Notes: generated by a model from the sequence alone, not told the origin. Shown: positions 37,317-47,222, numbered from the stretch's first letter. The stretch: 64,000 nt of DNA from an uncultured Clostridia bacterium (GCA_937916195.1 CALFTO010000008.1:4906-68905); one strand, 5' to 3'. Numbers and translations: made by a program.

Positions 37317-38006
37317 ATGAAGAGACTTTTTAATTATTTTACGAAATTTGAGATATGCTTATGGACTGCGTCAGTGTCGCTAATTCTGTTATCCTTTTGT
37401 ATATTCGACAAAGAAAATTATCTTACACTTATAGCATCAATTATCGGAGCAACCTTTTTAATTTTTAACGCAAAAGGTAATCCCATAGGTCAGTTTTTAA
37501 CAATTGTTTTCAGTATTCTTTACGGAATAATCTCATATAGCTTTTCATATTACGGTGAAATGATTACATATTTAGGAATGACAATGCCGATGGCTCTTTT
37601 TGCATTGATTTCTTGGCTTAAAAATCCTTATCAAAAAGGTAAAGCAGAAGTTAAAGTGAATAGATTGTCAAAAAAAGAAATTTTGTTTATGCTTGTGCTC
37701 ACATTAATAGTAACATTTGTGTTTTATTTTATTTTAGAGTATTTCAATACGGCAAATATAATACCAAGCACTATCTCAGTTACAACAAGCTTTTTGGCTG
37801 TTTATCTTACATTCAGAAGAAGCCCATATTTTGCATTGGCTTACGCAATGAATGATTTGGTATTAATTATATTGTGGGTATTGGCAACCAAAACTCAAAT
37901 ATCGTATTTGTCGGTAGTTATTTGTTTCGCAGTGTTTTTTGTAAATGATATGTATGGTTTTATAAACTGGAAAAAGATAGAAAAAAGACAAAATAATAAA
38001 ATGTAG
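37317..38006 (+). CDS. pnuC: PnuC-family nicotinamide riboside (vitamin) transporter
   Basis: Seven-TM-like profile with LIASIIGATFLIFNAKGNPIGQF...YGEM...WLKNPY. GAGGTG RBS before ATG 37317. Confidence 0.75.
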   Translation: MKRLFNYFTKFEICLWTASVSLILLSFCIFDKENYLTLIASIIGATFLIFNAKGNPIGQFLTIVFSILYGIISYSFSYYGEMITYLGMTMPMALFALISWLKNPYQKGKAEVKVNRLSKKEILFMLVLTLIVTFVFYFILEYFNTANIIPSTISVTTSFLAVYLTFRRSPYFALAYAMNDLVLIILWVLATKTQISYLSVVICFAVFFVNDMYGFINWKKIEKRQNNKM

Positions 38007-38009
38007 AAC

Positions 38010-38040
38010 AAAACCGATGTCAGCGAATGGCATCGGTTTT
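38010..38040. terminator. bidirectional terminator (pnuC / lipoprotein gene)
   Basis: AAAACCGATG-loop-CATCGGTTTT perfect 10-bp stem. Confidence 0.7.
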
Positions 38041-38061
38041 GCTATTGCTTAAAGACTTAAT

Positions 38062-38400
38062 TTAGTTTCCCATATCTCTGCCCGCGTTAGATGCTGCTTC
38101 ACCAATACCGCCGATTGCGTCGCCTGCGGCATTGCCTACATCACCAATAGCATCACCTACATTGCTTGCAGCATTTCCAAGGTCATCACCGACTTCACCC
38201 ATGGCATTTCCGTTGTTGCCATTATTTCTGTCGTTGTTATTATTGTTATTGTTGTCGTCGTTGCCTCTTGTAGTGCTTGTGGTTGTTGATGTGCTTGAGC
38301 TTGTGTCACTTACTTTGCCGTCTTCTGCATCTGTGCAACCAACAAGTAATACACAAAGAAGTGCTGTCACCATAACCAAAACTATAGCTGCTTTTTTCAT
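38062..38400 (-). CDS. low-complexity lipoprotein (Ser/Thr run, poly-Asn run, G-[DN]-A-[AI]-G repeats)
   Basis: Lipobox LLVGCTD, AAGGAGGG RBS. Sequence ...NDDNNNNNNNDRNNGNNGN...GNAASNVGDAIGDVGNAAGDAIGGIGEAASNAG. Confidence 0.7.
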   Translation of the reverse strand: MKKAAIVLVMVTALLCVLLVGCTDAEDGKVSDTSSSTSTTTSTTRGNDDNNNNNNNDRNNGNNGNAMGEVGDDLGNAASNVGDAIGDVGNAAGDAIGGIGEAASNAGRDMGN

Positions 38401-38457
38401 AATTATCCCTCCTTAAATAGTGGTGTTATTATTATTTCTCACGAGTGACGGTTTATA

Positions 38458-39804
38458 CTATTTTGTAAGCACACCACCGTCGCTGTAAAGCAAAATAAGA
38501 ATGTTGTCCTCTTCACCGGTTTCACAATCGACATAGACAAGCAATTCTTGTCCCTCATCGGTTTTACAATGAATTTCATAACAATACTTCTCTGTCTGCC
38601 AATCAGTTGGAATTATACAAAGCTGAGTGTCAATAATCTCAAGATATCCGTTGAGCGTGGCTTCTGCCTGTGCACGATTAATTTTTGCTTTGAGTGAGTC
38701 ACGTTTTTGATGATTGTAAATGTATCCGGTTGCGTCAAAAGACATAATCTCACCATTTGAAAGGTTAACACTTACTTTTATAAGGTCAGGATAAAGTGTC
38801 ACACCATTTTCTGTTGCGGCAAAGTTAACCGTGCAAATACCATCGTCGGCAAAATAATAGCTTTCACGCATATTTTCATAACCGATTTTTGATAGATATC
38901 TTTTAGCGTTTTGAACTGCTTCTTTGTATTCAAGCTGAATTTCACCTGCAAAGCTTGAATTAATCATATACAAAGGCTTGCCGCCGATTTTGGTAATTGC
39001 AACGGTGCAGTCTTCTCCTTGAAAAACATAGCAGGGAATATCGCCATTTTCATCATAAGCATATTCAAGACTTTCTGCTTCTGCCATACAAACTTCTTTT
39101 GCAACTTCTAATGCTTGATTTTCGCTTATTTCTTCAAGTCCCTCAAGAAATCTTGGCTCTCCCTGGTCAATATGGTCAGAAAACGGACCATCATATATAA
39201 GCGATGGTAAATCTGTCATTGCCTGCTCTGCATCATCAAGACTTTTACTTAATGTGCTTAACTCAGTGTTTTCTTGGGGTAGGGTAGAGTTGTAATCATC
39301 AAAACTGAAGCTACCATTTTGCAAGTCAAAACACATTTTACTTACTTGTTCATTTAACGAAATACAATAGTTCTTAAGCTCTTTAAGTTGTTCTCTTTCA
39401 CTGTTAGTAAGCTCTTGACCCATAGCACTTTTCCGCTGAAGAGACATTACAAACTCGCCGATTTGCGATAAAAATTTGTAAGTGTTATTTAGTGAAATAT
39501 TTTCTGCTGGCAGTATTGAAAGGCTTGTTTTTGCGGACGATGCCTCACGCCACAAATCTGAACCTAACTCTGAAAGCATTGTGGGTGTGCTTACATAAAC
39601 TGTTTTTTCAAGATTTGTTGAAATATTGTTAAGACATTCTTCAAGTGAAAGTAACGCCATTTGCTTTGTAACAAGTGCTTCCCGTTCATATTTTTGAGCC
39701 CTTACAGTTTGCACAATACTGAAAATTCCCAACACAGTAATAACTGTACCAACGTAAAGCCCAAGTCTGATTTTCGCCCGACGGGACATATGTTTTTGTT
39801 CCAT
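38458..39804 (-). CDS. ypeB: germination protein YpeB (PepSY-domain protein)
   Basis: 448 aa. N-terminal TM, a long helical region (SLEECLNNISTNLEK...LWREASSAKTSLSILP) and C-terminal PepSY-like repeats. AAGGGAG RBS. Confidence 0.8.
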   Translation of the reverse strand: MEQKHMSRRAKIRLGLYVGTVITVLGIFSIVQTVRAQKYEREALVTKQMALLSLEECLNNISTNLEKTVYVSTPTMLSELGSDLWREASSAKTSLSILPAENISLNNTYKFLSQIGEFVMSLQRKSAMGQELTNSEREQLKELKNYCISLNEQVSKMCFDLQNGSFSFDDYNSTLPQENTELSTLSKSLDDAEQAMTDLPSLIYDGPFSDHIDQGEPRFLEGLEEISENQALEVAKEVCMAEAESLEYAYDENGDIPCYVFQGEDCTVAITKIGGKPLYMINSSFAGEIQLEYKEAVQNAKRYLSKIGYENMRESYYFADDGICTVNFAATENGVTLYPDLIKVSVNLSNGEIMSFDATGYIYNHQKRDSLKAKINRAQAEATLNGYLEIIDTQLCIIPTDWQTEKYCYEIHCKTDEGQELLVYVDCETGEEDNILILLYSDGGVLTK

Positions 39805-39893
39805 TTCTTACGCTCCCTTATTCTCGCGAAGTGTTTTGCGAATATTATTAACAAAAAATTCAAAAATATGCAGTAAAAAACTCGTTTTTTTAT

Positions 39894-39922
39894 TTGCCAA
39901 ACAGTGTATTTTGTAGTATAAT
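39894..39922 (+). promoter_or_regulatory. sigma-A-type promoter for nifS-thiI array
   Basis: -35 TTGCCA (39894-39899), 17-bp spacer, -10 TATAAT (39917-39922). Confidence 0.5.
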
Positions 39923-39960
39923 GTATTTTGATTTAATATGCAGAATGGGAGAGAAGTGTC

Positions 39961-41088
39961 GTGTGCGTTTATCTTGATAACAGTGCAACTACAAAGCCTT
40001 GTGATGTGGCAGTGAAAAAAGCACTTGAAATGTGCAGCGAGAACTTTGGTAACCCGTCTTCTCTTCATATGGGTGGCTTTAATGCCAAGAAAGAATTGGA
40101 TAGTGCTCGTAACTCAATCTCAAGGTTTCTTTCTTGTAGTGATAATGAAATCTTTTTCACACCAAGCGGAACAATTGCCAATTATACCGCCATTATAGGT
40201 ACAGCACGCACAAAGAAAAGAGAAGGCAAAAAAATCATAACCACACTTTTGGAACACCCAAGCGTATTAAAGAATTTTGAACTTTTAGCTGAACAAGGAT
40301 TTGATACAGTATATTTAAAGCCCAACAAAGACGGAAAAATTGACCTTGAAGAATTTTCAAATGCCGTTGATGAAAACACAATTCTTGTAAGCGTTATGGC
40401 AGTTAACAATGAGGTTGGCTCAATTCAGGATATTGATAAAATCAAAGGAATAATCCGCGATAAAAAATCAAAGGCATATTTCCATTGTGATGCAGTTCAA
40501 GCATTTGGTAAGATACCGTTAAAGCCCAAAAAAATGGGCATTGATTTAATGAGTATGAGCGCTCATAAAATTCACGGTCTTAAGGGTGCGGGTGCACTTT
40601 ATGTGAACAGTTCAATTCGTCTTATGCCTGCAATCCTCGGTGGTGGGCAAGAAAACGGACTTGTTTCAGGTACAGAGGCAATGCCTGCAATATGTGCTTT
40701 TGCTGCAGCAGTTAATGATATCGGCAATGTAGAAAGAAATCTGAATACAGTTAGTGAAGTAAAAGAATATTTTATTAATAAAATCAGTGAATTAGATAGA
40801 GTTTATGTGAATTCACCGGAAAACGCATTACCATATATAATCAATATCTCTGTTGAGGGAGTTCCCTCGCAGGTAATGCTCAATTCACTTTCATCAATGG
40901 GTATTTATGTTTCTGCAGGCTCAGCCTGTGCAAAAGGACACCGAAGTGACGTGCTTACGGCAATGGGAATAGAGCCCAAAAGAATTGACAGCGCAATCCG
41001 CATAAGCTTGTCAAAAACTACCACAACAAAAGATATGGATTTGTTGTATAATGGAATAGTTGAAACCATAAAACGCGTTAGGAGATAA
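39961..41088 (+). CDS. cysteine desulfurase (NifS/IscS class V aminotransferase)
   Basis: VYLDNSATT...SMSAHKIHGLKG (PLP Lys)...SAGSACA (active-site Cys). GTG start. Paired with thiI. Confidence 0.9.
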   Translation: MCVYLDNSATTKPCDVAVKKALEMCSENFGNPSSLHMGGFNAKKELDSARNSISRFLSCSDNEIFFTPSGTIANYTAIIGTARTKKREGKKIITTLLEHPSVLKNFELLAEQGFDTVYLKPNKDGKIDLEEFSNAVDENTILVSVMAVNNEVGSIQDIDKIKGIIRDKKSKAYFHCDAVQAFGKIPLKPKKMGIDLMSMSAHKIHGLKGAGALYVNSSIRLMPAILGGGQENGLVSGTEAMPAICAFAAAVNDIGNVERNLNTVSEVKEYFINKISELDRVYVNSPENALPYIINISVEGVPSQVMLNSLSSMGIYVSAGSACAKGHRSDVLTAMGIEPKRIDSAIRISLSKTTTTKDMDLLYNGIVETIKRVRR

Positions 41089-41090
41089 AA

Positions 41091-42263
41091 ATGAAAGAAA
41101 TCATACTTATAAAGAACGGTGAGTTAGCACTTAAAGGTCTTAATCGTTCAACCTTTGAAGATATATTGATTAAAAATATTCGCCGTAGAATTAAACCGCT
41201 TGGCGAGTTTGAATACAGAAAAGAGCAGTCAACTGTTACTGTAATTCCAATGGATGATTACATTGATATGGATGAGGTAAGCGAGCGAATTGGTCACGTT
41301 TTCGGTATTGCCGCTTATTCAAGAGCCTTGCAGGTTGAAAAGGATATGACAGAAATTCTCGAAAATGCACCTGATTATCTTGCTGAGCAGTTGAAAAATG
41401 CTAAAACTTTTAAGGTTGAGGGCAAGCGTTCTGACAAAAAATTCCCGTTGACCTCACCGCAGATTTCTGCTGAGGTTGGCGGTGCAATCCTTTCAAAATT
41501 TCCTCATCTCAGGGTTGATGTTAAAAATCCCGACATTCTTGTAACTATTGAAATCCGCGAAAAATTTGCATTTATCCGCGGTAATCAGACTAAAGGTGCA
41601 GGCGGAATGCCCACAGGCACAGCTGGCAAATCTGCAATTCTTATTTCGGGCGGAATTGATAGTCCCGTAGCCGCATATATGATGGCAAAGAGAGGACTTT
41701 CACTCACTGCAATTCACTTTGCATCACCACCGTATACTTCGCCTCAATCAGAAGAAAAAGTGCATAATCTTCTTCGTAAGGTTTCAAAATATAGCGGTAA
41801 TATCTGCTTGTTTACAGTTGGATTTACCGAAATTCAAGAGGCTATTCGTGATAATTGCCCCGAAGATTTGTTTACACTTGTTATGCGCCGCTTTATGATG
41901 CGCATTTCACAGCGTATTGCTGAAAAAGAGGATTGTAAGGCACTTATAACAGGCGAAAGTCTTGGTCAGGTAGCAAGCCAAACACTCAATGCTCTTGCTT
42001 GTACCGATGCAGTTTGTGAAATGCCCGTATTTCGTCCTTTGATTGGTCTTGATAAGGACGAAATTATCAAAGTTTCAAGAAAAATTGATACCTTTGATAT
42101 TTCAATTGAGCCTTATGAGGATTGTTGTACAGTATTTACCCCTAAGCACCCCAAAACTAAGCCACAGATTTCAATTCTTGAAAACGCAGAAAAGGCTTTG
42201 GATGTTGAAGCGCTTATTGAAAGAGCAATTGAAAATACAACAATCAAAAATATTTGTTTTTAA
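41091..42263 (+). CDS. thiI: tRNA 4-thiouridine(8) synthase ThiI
   Basis: THUMP region plus PP-loop LISGGIDSPVAAYM. Confidence 0.92.
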   Translation: MKEIILIKNGELALKGLNRSTFEDILIKNIRRRIKPLGEFEYRKEQSTVTVIPMDDYIDMDEVSERIGHVFGIAAYSRALQVEKDMTEILENAPDYLAEQLKNAKTFKVEGKRSDKKFPLTSPQISAEVGGAILSKFPHLRVDVKNPDILVTIEIREKFAFIRGNQTKGAGGMPTGTAGKSAILISGGIDSPVAAYMMAKRGLSLTAIHFASPPYTSPQSEEKVHNLLRKVSKYSGNICLFTVGFTEIQEAIRDNCPEDLFTLVMRRFMMRISQRIAEKEDCKALITGESLGQVASQTLNALACTDAVCEMPVFRPLIGLDKDEIIKVSRKIDTFDISIEPYEDCCTVFTPKHPKTKPQISILENAEKALDVEALIERAIENTTIKNICF

Positions 42264-42274
42264 GGTAGAGTAAA

Positions 42275-42754
42275 ATGACACTTGAAGAAAAAACCGTAAA
42301 AGTTTTAAAAGAAAAAAACTTGGTAATGGCTTGCGCAGAGTCCTGCACAGGCGGATTAATTGCGAAAAGAGTTACTGACGTAAGCGGTTCTTCATCTGTG
42401 TTTAATTGCGGAATTGTAAGCTATAGCAATGAGATTAAAGAAAAAGTGCTCGGTGTAAAACACGAAACTCTTGAAATCTATGGCGCAGTAAGTGAACAGA
42501 CTGTTCGTGAAATGGTGGCAGGAGTGCTTAAAATTTCGGGTGCTGATGTTGCAGTTGCTGTTTCAGGTATTGCAGGACCTTTGTCCGATAATACATCAAA
42601 GCCCGTTGGTCTTATTTGGCTTGCAGTTTCAGACAGCAAAACAACTGACGTAAAGTGTCTTAATAATAACTTTACCGATGATATTAGAAATAACAATCGC
42701 ATTAGTGCTTCTGATGAGGCTTTAAAGCTGATTTTACAAAAGGCAGGTGAATAA
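42275..42754 (+). CDS. CinA C-terminal-domain protein (nicotinamide-nucleotide amidohydrolase PncC type)
   Basis: MACAESCTGGLIA...GIVSYSNEIKEKVLGV...GAVSEQTV...VAVSGIAGP. Confidence 0.88.
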   Translation: MTLEEKTVKVLKEKNLVMACAESCTGGLIAKRVTDVSGSSSVFNCGIVSYSNEIKEKVLGVKHETLEIYGAVSEQTVREMVAGVLKISGADVAVAVSGIAGPLSDNTSKPVGLIWLAVSDSKTTDVKCLNNNFTDDIRNNNRISASDEALKLILQKAGE

Positions 42755-43709
42755 TTTGGCAAATGATAAAAAAAGAATAGGCAAGGGCAGAGCCCTTCTT
42801 TTAGCAATCTGTATTATTATCTTTCTTTTTTCTGCCTCTCTCGTTATTAAACATTTTGTGGAAATTAATAATAATAAAAGAGGCTATGAAGACCTTGCAG
42901 GTCTTGTAAACAATACAACGTTAGATAATGGTGAGAGCGAAGACGAGCCGGTGCCTGATTATTCTCCGTTGATTGAACAAAACCGCGATTTTGTGGGTCA
43001 GATTATAGTGCCTAACACATCAATCAATCATCCCGTTGTGCAATATGCAGATAATGATTATTATCTTGACCATAGTTTTGAAAAGAAATATGATTATCGC
43101 GGGGCAATCTTCATGGATTACCGAAACGATGCTGTAAATCTTGATTCTAACACAATTATTTACGGCCATAATGCATATGACACAACAATGTTTTCAGAGC
43201 TTGTTAAATACGAGGATATTGAATTCTATAAAAAATCACCGATAATAGAGTTTAATACTCTTGAAGCTAATTATAAATGGAAGATTTATGGTGTGTTTAT
43301 AACAAATGCTACTGCAAGCGAAGATAATGGTTATATCTTCAATTATATATATCCGTATATGGACGGCGAGAATTTTGACGGATTTATCGAAGAGGTCAAT
43401 AAGCGCAGACTTTACACAACCGATGTTGATATAACTGACGACGATAAAATGCTTGTTTTGTCAACTTGTGTTCGTACACTTGACCTTAAGAATAAATACG
43501 GTAAAACGACATATCGTGCAAATGCAAGATTAGTAGTTCTTGCCCGTATGGTACGTGACGGCGAAAGTTTTGAGGTTAATGTGGATAACGCAAAAGCAAA
43601 CGAAAATCCTAAATATCCACAGCTTTGGTATGATAAGCATGGCTTGAAAAACCCTTATAAAAATGACGAAAAATGGTATCCTCAGGAGGTAGTACAAGAT
43701 GAACAATAA
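42747..43709 (+). CDS. class B-type sortase (SrtB-1)
   Basis: TM anchor, DFVGQIIVPNTSINHPVVQYADNDYYL...GAIFMDYRN...IIYGHN (His)...LVLSTCV (Cys)...ARLVVLARM (Arg). 8-nt overlap with the cinA-C gene. Confidence 0.85.
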   Translation: MNNLANDKKRIGKGRALLLAICIIIFLFSASLVIKHFVEINNNKRGYEDLAGLVNNTTLDNGESEDEPVPDYSPLIEQNRDFVGQIIVPNTSINHPVVQYADNDYYLDHSFEKKYDYRGAIFMDYRNDAVNLDSNTIIYGHNAYDTTMFSELVKYEDIEFYKKSPIIEFNTLEANYKWKIYGVFITNATASEDNGYIFNYIYPYMDGENFDGFIEEVNKRRLYTTDVDITDDDKMLVLSTCVRTLDLKNKYGKTTYRANARLVVLARMVRDGESFEVNVDNAKANENPKYPQLWYDKHGLKNPYKNDEKWYPQEVVQDEQ

Positions 43710-45036
43710 AAATAACAACGAAGTACTTTCTTTTGAGGAGCTTCGTAAAAAGCTTGGTATGGATGAGGCTTCAGAGCCTGCAAAAACTGAAAGTAACGGT
43801 TTTTCTGAGCTTGCTGACGATATTCTTTCAGTTGAAGAGGGAAGTTTAGAAATTAATACCTCAGCAAAAGACGATATTGTTTCACAAATTGAGAAAAAAT
43901 TGAGTGAAACAGAAAATAACGAGCCTTCTGAATTTACTGAAAACGGCAAAACCTTTGTTGATATTACATCACAGTATGTAAAAAAAGATAATTCAGAAAT
44001 CAAAAGTGAAAACTCCGTTGCAACGACTCAAAAGAAAAAGGTAAGAACCTTTAACGAGATTTTCTCTGACTTTTTTAAAGGCTTTATTCCGCTTAAAAAA
44101 GATAGCACAAAAGAAAAAATCCGTAAAATTGTTATGGATATTTCTATAATCGCAATAATTGGTTGTTGCTTTGCATTTGTTGAGTTGTATAATCAATGGA
44201 GAGAACAACAAAATATGCAAGAAGATTTGAGTAATAAGATTGTCGAGACCGATGATATGGATGATAATCAGTATGTTGAAGCTTGGGAAGAGTTGTTTGC
44301 ACAATATCCCAATATCACATTTCCTGACGGAATGAACCTTAAATATTCATATCTTTATGCTGTTAATCAGGATTTGGTCGGTTGGCTTAAAATTGATAAT
44401 ACCAATCTTGATGTTCAGGTGGTACAGAGTGAAGATAATGACTATTATTTGAGACGAGATTTTTATCAAAAATCAAGCCGTTATGGTTGTCCTTATCTTG
44501 ATTTCAAGAATGACCCCAAATATCTCGACGATAACACCGTGATTTATGGTCACCATATGACTGACGGTCTTATGTTCTCAAACCTTGATAAATACAGAAC
44601 ATTAGAAGGCTATAAGGAATCACCTGTAATTGAATATAGCACACTTTATGATACATATTATTTCAAAGTTTTTGCGGCATTTGTGACAAATTCAAATGTT
44701 GCGGATGACGATAATTATATGTTCAACATTATGGTAACAGATTTTAGTACGGACGAGAAATTCACAAGTTTTGTTGAAGAGGCTAAAAAACGCAGTATTG
44801 TAAATACAGGTGTTTCTGTTCAGCCTGACGATAAGCTTATAACTCTTGTTACCTGTACCTATGATTTTGATGACGCAAGACTTATTATAATGGGCAGACT
44901 TCTTCGTGAAAATGAAGAGCCTACCGTTGATACAAGTATGGCGGCACTTAATACTGCACCTAAATATCCGCAGGCGTGGTATGATGCTAATAATATGGAA
45001 AATCCTTATAAGGATGATGAGGATTGGACTCCGTAA
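43699..45036 (+). CDS. class B-type sortase (SrtB-2) with ~150-aa acidic N-terminal extension
   Basis: GGAGG RBS. TM IVMDISIIAIIGCCFAFVELY. DLVGWLKIDNTNLDVQVVQSEDNDYYL...VIYGHH...LITLVTCT...ARLIIMGRL. 11-nt overlap with SrtB-1. Confidence 0.85.
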   Translation: MNNKNNNEVLSFEELRKKLGMDEASEPAKTESNGFSELADDILSVEEGSLEINTSAKDDIVSQIEKKLSETENNEPSEFTENGKTFVDITSQYVKKDNSEIKSENSVATTQKKKVRTFNEIFSDFFKGFIPLKKDSTKEKIRKIVMDISIIAIIGCCFAFVELYNQWREQQNMQEDLSNKIVETDDMDDNQYVEAWEELFAQYPNITFPDGMNLKYSYLYAVNQDLVGWLKIDNTNLDVQVVQSEDNDYYLRRDFYQKSSRYGCPYLDFKNDPKYLDDNTVIYGHHMTDGLMFSNLDKYRTLEGYKESPVIEYSTLYDTYYFKVFAAFVTNSNVADDDNYMFNIMVTDFSTDEKFTSFVEEAKKRSIVNTGVSVQPDDKLITLVTCTYDFDDARLIIMGRLLRENEEPTVDTSMAALNTAPKYPQAWYDANNMENPYKDDEDWTP

Positions 45037-45077
45037 TCGGATTTTTATATAAATGGGAAAAAGAGAGGTTTTATTAA

Positions 45078-47222
45078 ATGAAGGTAAGATTGCTGTCGCT
45101 TAATATTGATAAAAGTATGTCATTCTCTCGCTTTCAGGCAAGGATTGTAAGCAGTATTAAGCCTTATGCAGATGCAGATAGTTCTTTTGAGAATGTTGAA
45201 AATATGCGCGACTTTTTTGGTCTGTTGCAGTCAGCTCTCGAAAATGACGAATTAATTGTTACTGCAGTTGATGTGAAGCATTACGCAATGCTTAAAAATG
45301 CGTTTATTCAGGCTTTTGAAACTGATGTTGTTTATGACCCGTCAGTGCTCAATATGCTTGAAAATAATGACGAAATGGATGACGAAACAAGAAAACAGTT
45401 TTCTGCATTTCCTGAGCCTGCAACAGTTTTTCTTTCAAAAGACGGATTATATTCAGGCTTCGGTGTTGAAAACGGTAGTCAATATATTCTGTTTTTACCC
45501 ATTGATAATGAGCGAATTAACCATATTCTTCGTAACGGTGCAGTTCCTTTTCTTGCACAAAGAATTAAAACCTCTGAAACGCAAAATTTTATGAATGCTG
45601 CAAAGCAGATTGGCGATGCAAAAGTAAGCAAGGCGGTTGAAAGACTTCTTGAATCTCAATCTGTTGTAGCAATTAATGGCACACCAAATGCTGAAATTTT
45701 GAAAAGCTGTGGTGACAGTACAGATAGATTTGATGATGTATTCATTTTCACTCCTCACGTTGAGGATAAAGGTGATGTAAACGCAACAGAATATGCGGCA
45801 CAGCTTGCAAAGGTAAGCCTTGATTTGTCAGCCGCAAATATCGGTGCTTCAATCAGTGATATTTATGATTCGGGTGAAGCAAGATACATTTGCATTGCAG
45901 TTGCAAATAATGAATCTGCCGTTGTAAGAAAGCTTTATATGAGTGACGGCGAAACGGAATATGCTTTCATTGAAAGTGCCGCACTTGAGCTTATTGAATT
46001 GATTGGTGAAAAGGCGGCAGGGCTTCGCAGCGTTGGTATTGAAATTACTGAAGCAAATAATCAACTTTCAGATGAAGATAAAAAGCCTGCAGGCAAAAAG
46101 CCCGTTGCAATTATGACGATTGTTCTCGGCGTAATTATTCTACTTTGTGCGGTGCTTGGCATTGTTTATAAGGTGCAAGGCGAAAATGGTCCTCTGGCAG
46201 CAGTATTTGACGGTATTTTCGGTAAAGAAACTACAACTACCACAACAACGACAACAACCACTGAACCAACAACCGAGGCTGAACCTCAGGTAGTAAACAA
46301 AAAGCTTTCTGATTTTATTACCGCTGACCTTATCGCTTTAGAAAAAGCCAAGGCAGAGGCTTCAACTGAAGAGTCAACTGAAGAAGAGCATTCAAGCGAA
46401 GAAGTAGAAGTTCAGGTTGATAAAGGTGCGCCTGAGGTAATGAAAATCAACGGAGAGATTATAGAGGCAAAAGAAGCACTTGCAAGACTTGTTATGACCG
46501 AAATGGGTGAGGGCTATGATGTTGAAGCCATTAAGGCACAAACGGTTGTAATTTACACCTATCTTAAATATCGTGATACAGATTTTACTATTGACGGTGT
46601 TGAAATCAGTGATACATATAATGACGAAGTAAAGTCAGCAGTAGACAGCGTTTTCGGTCAGTATCTTACATATAAAGATGAAATTGCATTAACTCCCTAT
46701 TTCTCAATTGCGGCGAGAAAAACAACTGATTCAGAAAATGTTTTTACACAAGGTTATCCTTACCTCAAGAGTGTTGAAGCAGACGGAAATCCTGATTCAC
46801 TTCATAAAGATTATAAAATTGAGAAAACATATTCAGCAGGTGAGGTTAAAGGCTTGCTTCTTGATAAAAATAGTGAATTTGCTTTAACTGATGACCCATC
46901 ACTTTGGATTATTATTAACGAACAGGATGCTTCAATTTCTTCAAGCATTGGTTATGTTACAAGAGTAACGGTTGGTGGTGTTGAAATGACGGGTATAGAG
47001 CTTCGTGAGCTTTTGGGTGCTGATGTTCTTGCTTCTCATTGCTTTACAGTTTCTTATGATGATGCTTCAGCAGAATTTGTTGTAACAACCTATGGTAGTG
47101 GTTACGGCGTTGGTATGAGCCAGACGGGTGCTAACTCAATGGCGGCAAACGGCGTTAGCTATAAAAAAATTCTTTCAACATATTACAATGGTACAACACT
47201 TACCGAGGAGGAAAAGGTATGA
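45078..47222 (+). CDS. bitopic fusion protein (cytoplasmic CinA-N-like degenerate domain + TM + Thr-run linker + extracytoplasmic SpoIID/LytB domain)
   Basis: C-terminal SpoIID pattern: [12 protein letters not shown]...[16 protein letters not shown]...YPYLKSVE...[54 protein letters not shown] linker. Confidence 0.75.
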   Translation: MKVRLLSLNIDKSMSFSRFQARIVSSIKPYADADSSFENVENMRDFFGLLQSALENDELIVTAVDVKHYAMLKNAFIQAFETDVVYDPSVLNMLENNDEMDDETRKQFSAFPEPATVFLSKDGLYSGFGVENGSQYILFLPIDNERINHILRNGAVPFLAQRIKTSETQNFMNAAKQIGDAKVSKAVERLLESQSVVAINGTPNAEILKSCGDSTDRFDDVFIFTPHVEDKGDVNATEYAAQLAKVSLDLSAANIGASISDIYDSGEARYICIAVANNESAVVRKLYMSDGETEYAFIESAALELIELIGEKAAGLRSVGIEITEANNQLSDEDKKPAGKKPVAIMTIVLGVIILLCAVLGIVYKVQGENGPLAAVFDGIFGKETTTTTTTTTTTEPTTEAEPQVVNKKLSDFITADLIALEKAKAEASTEESTEEEHSSEEVEVQVDKGAPEVMKINGEIIEAKEALARLVMTEMGEGYDVEAIKAQTVVIYTYLKYRDTDFTIDGVEISDTYNDEVKSAVDSVFGQYLTYKDEIALTPYFSIAARKTTDSENVFTQGYPYLKSVEADGNPDSLHKDYKIEKTYSAGEVKGLLLDKNSEFALTDDPSLWIIINEQDASISSSIGYVTRVTVGGVEMTGIELRELLGADVLASHCFTVSYDDASAEFVVTTYGSGYGVGMSQTGANSMAANGVSYKKILSTYYNGTTLTEEEKV

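Noticed and set aside
38190-38265. Imperfect trinucleotide (GTT/ATT) run, considered as a microsatellite or repeat array.
   Set aside because: It is the antisense of the Asn/Asp codon run inside the lipoprotein CDS, so it is coding low-complexity sequence and not a CRISPR or intergenic repeat. No spacer-repeat periodicity occurs anywhere in the window.
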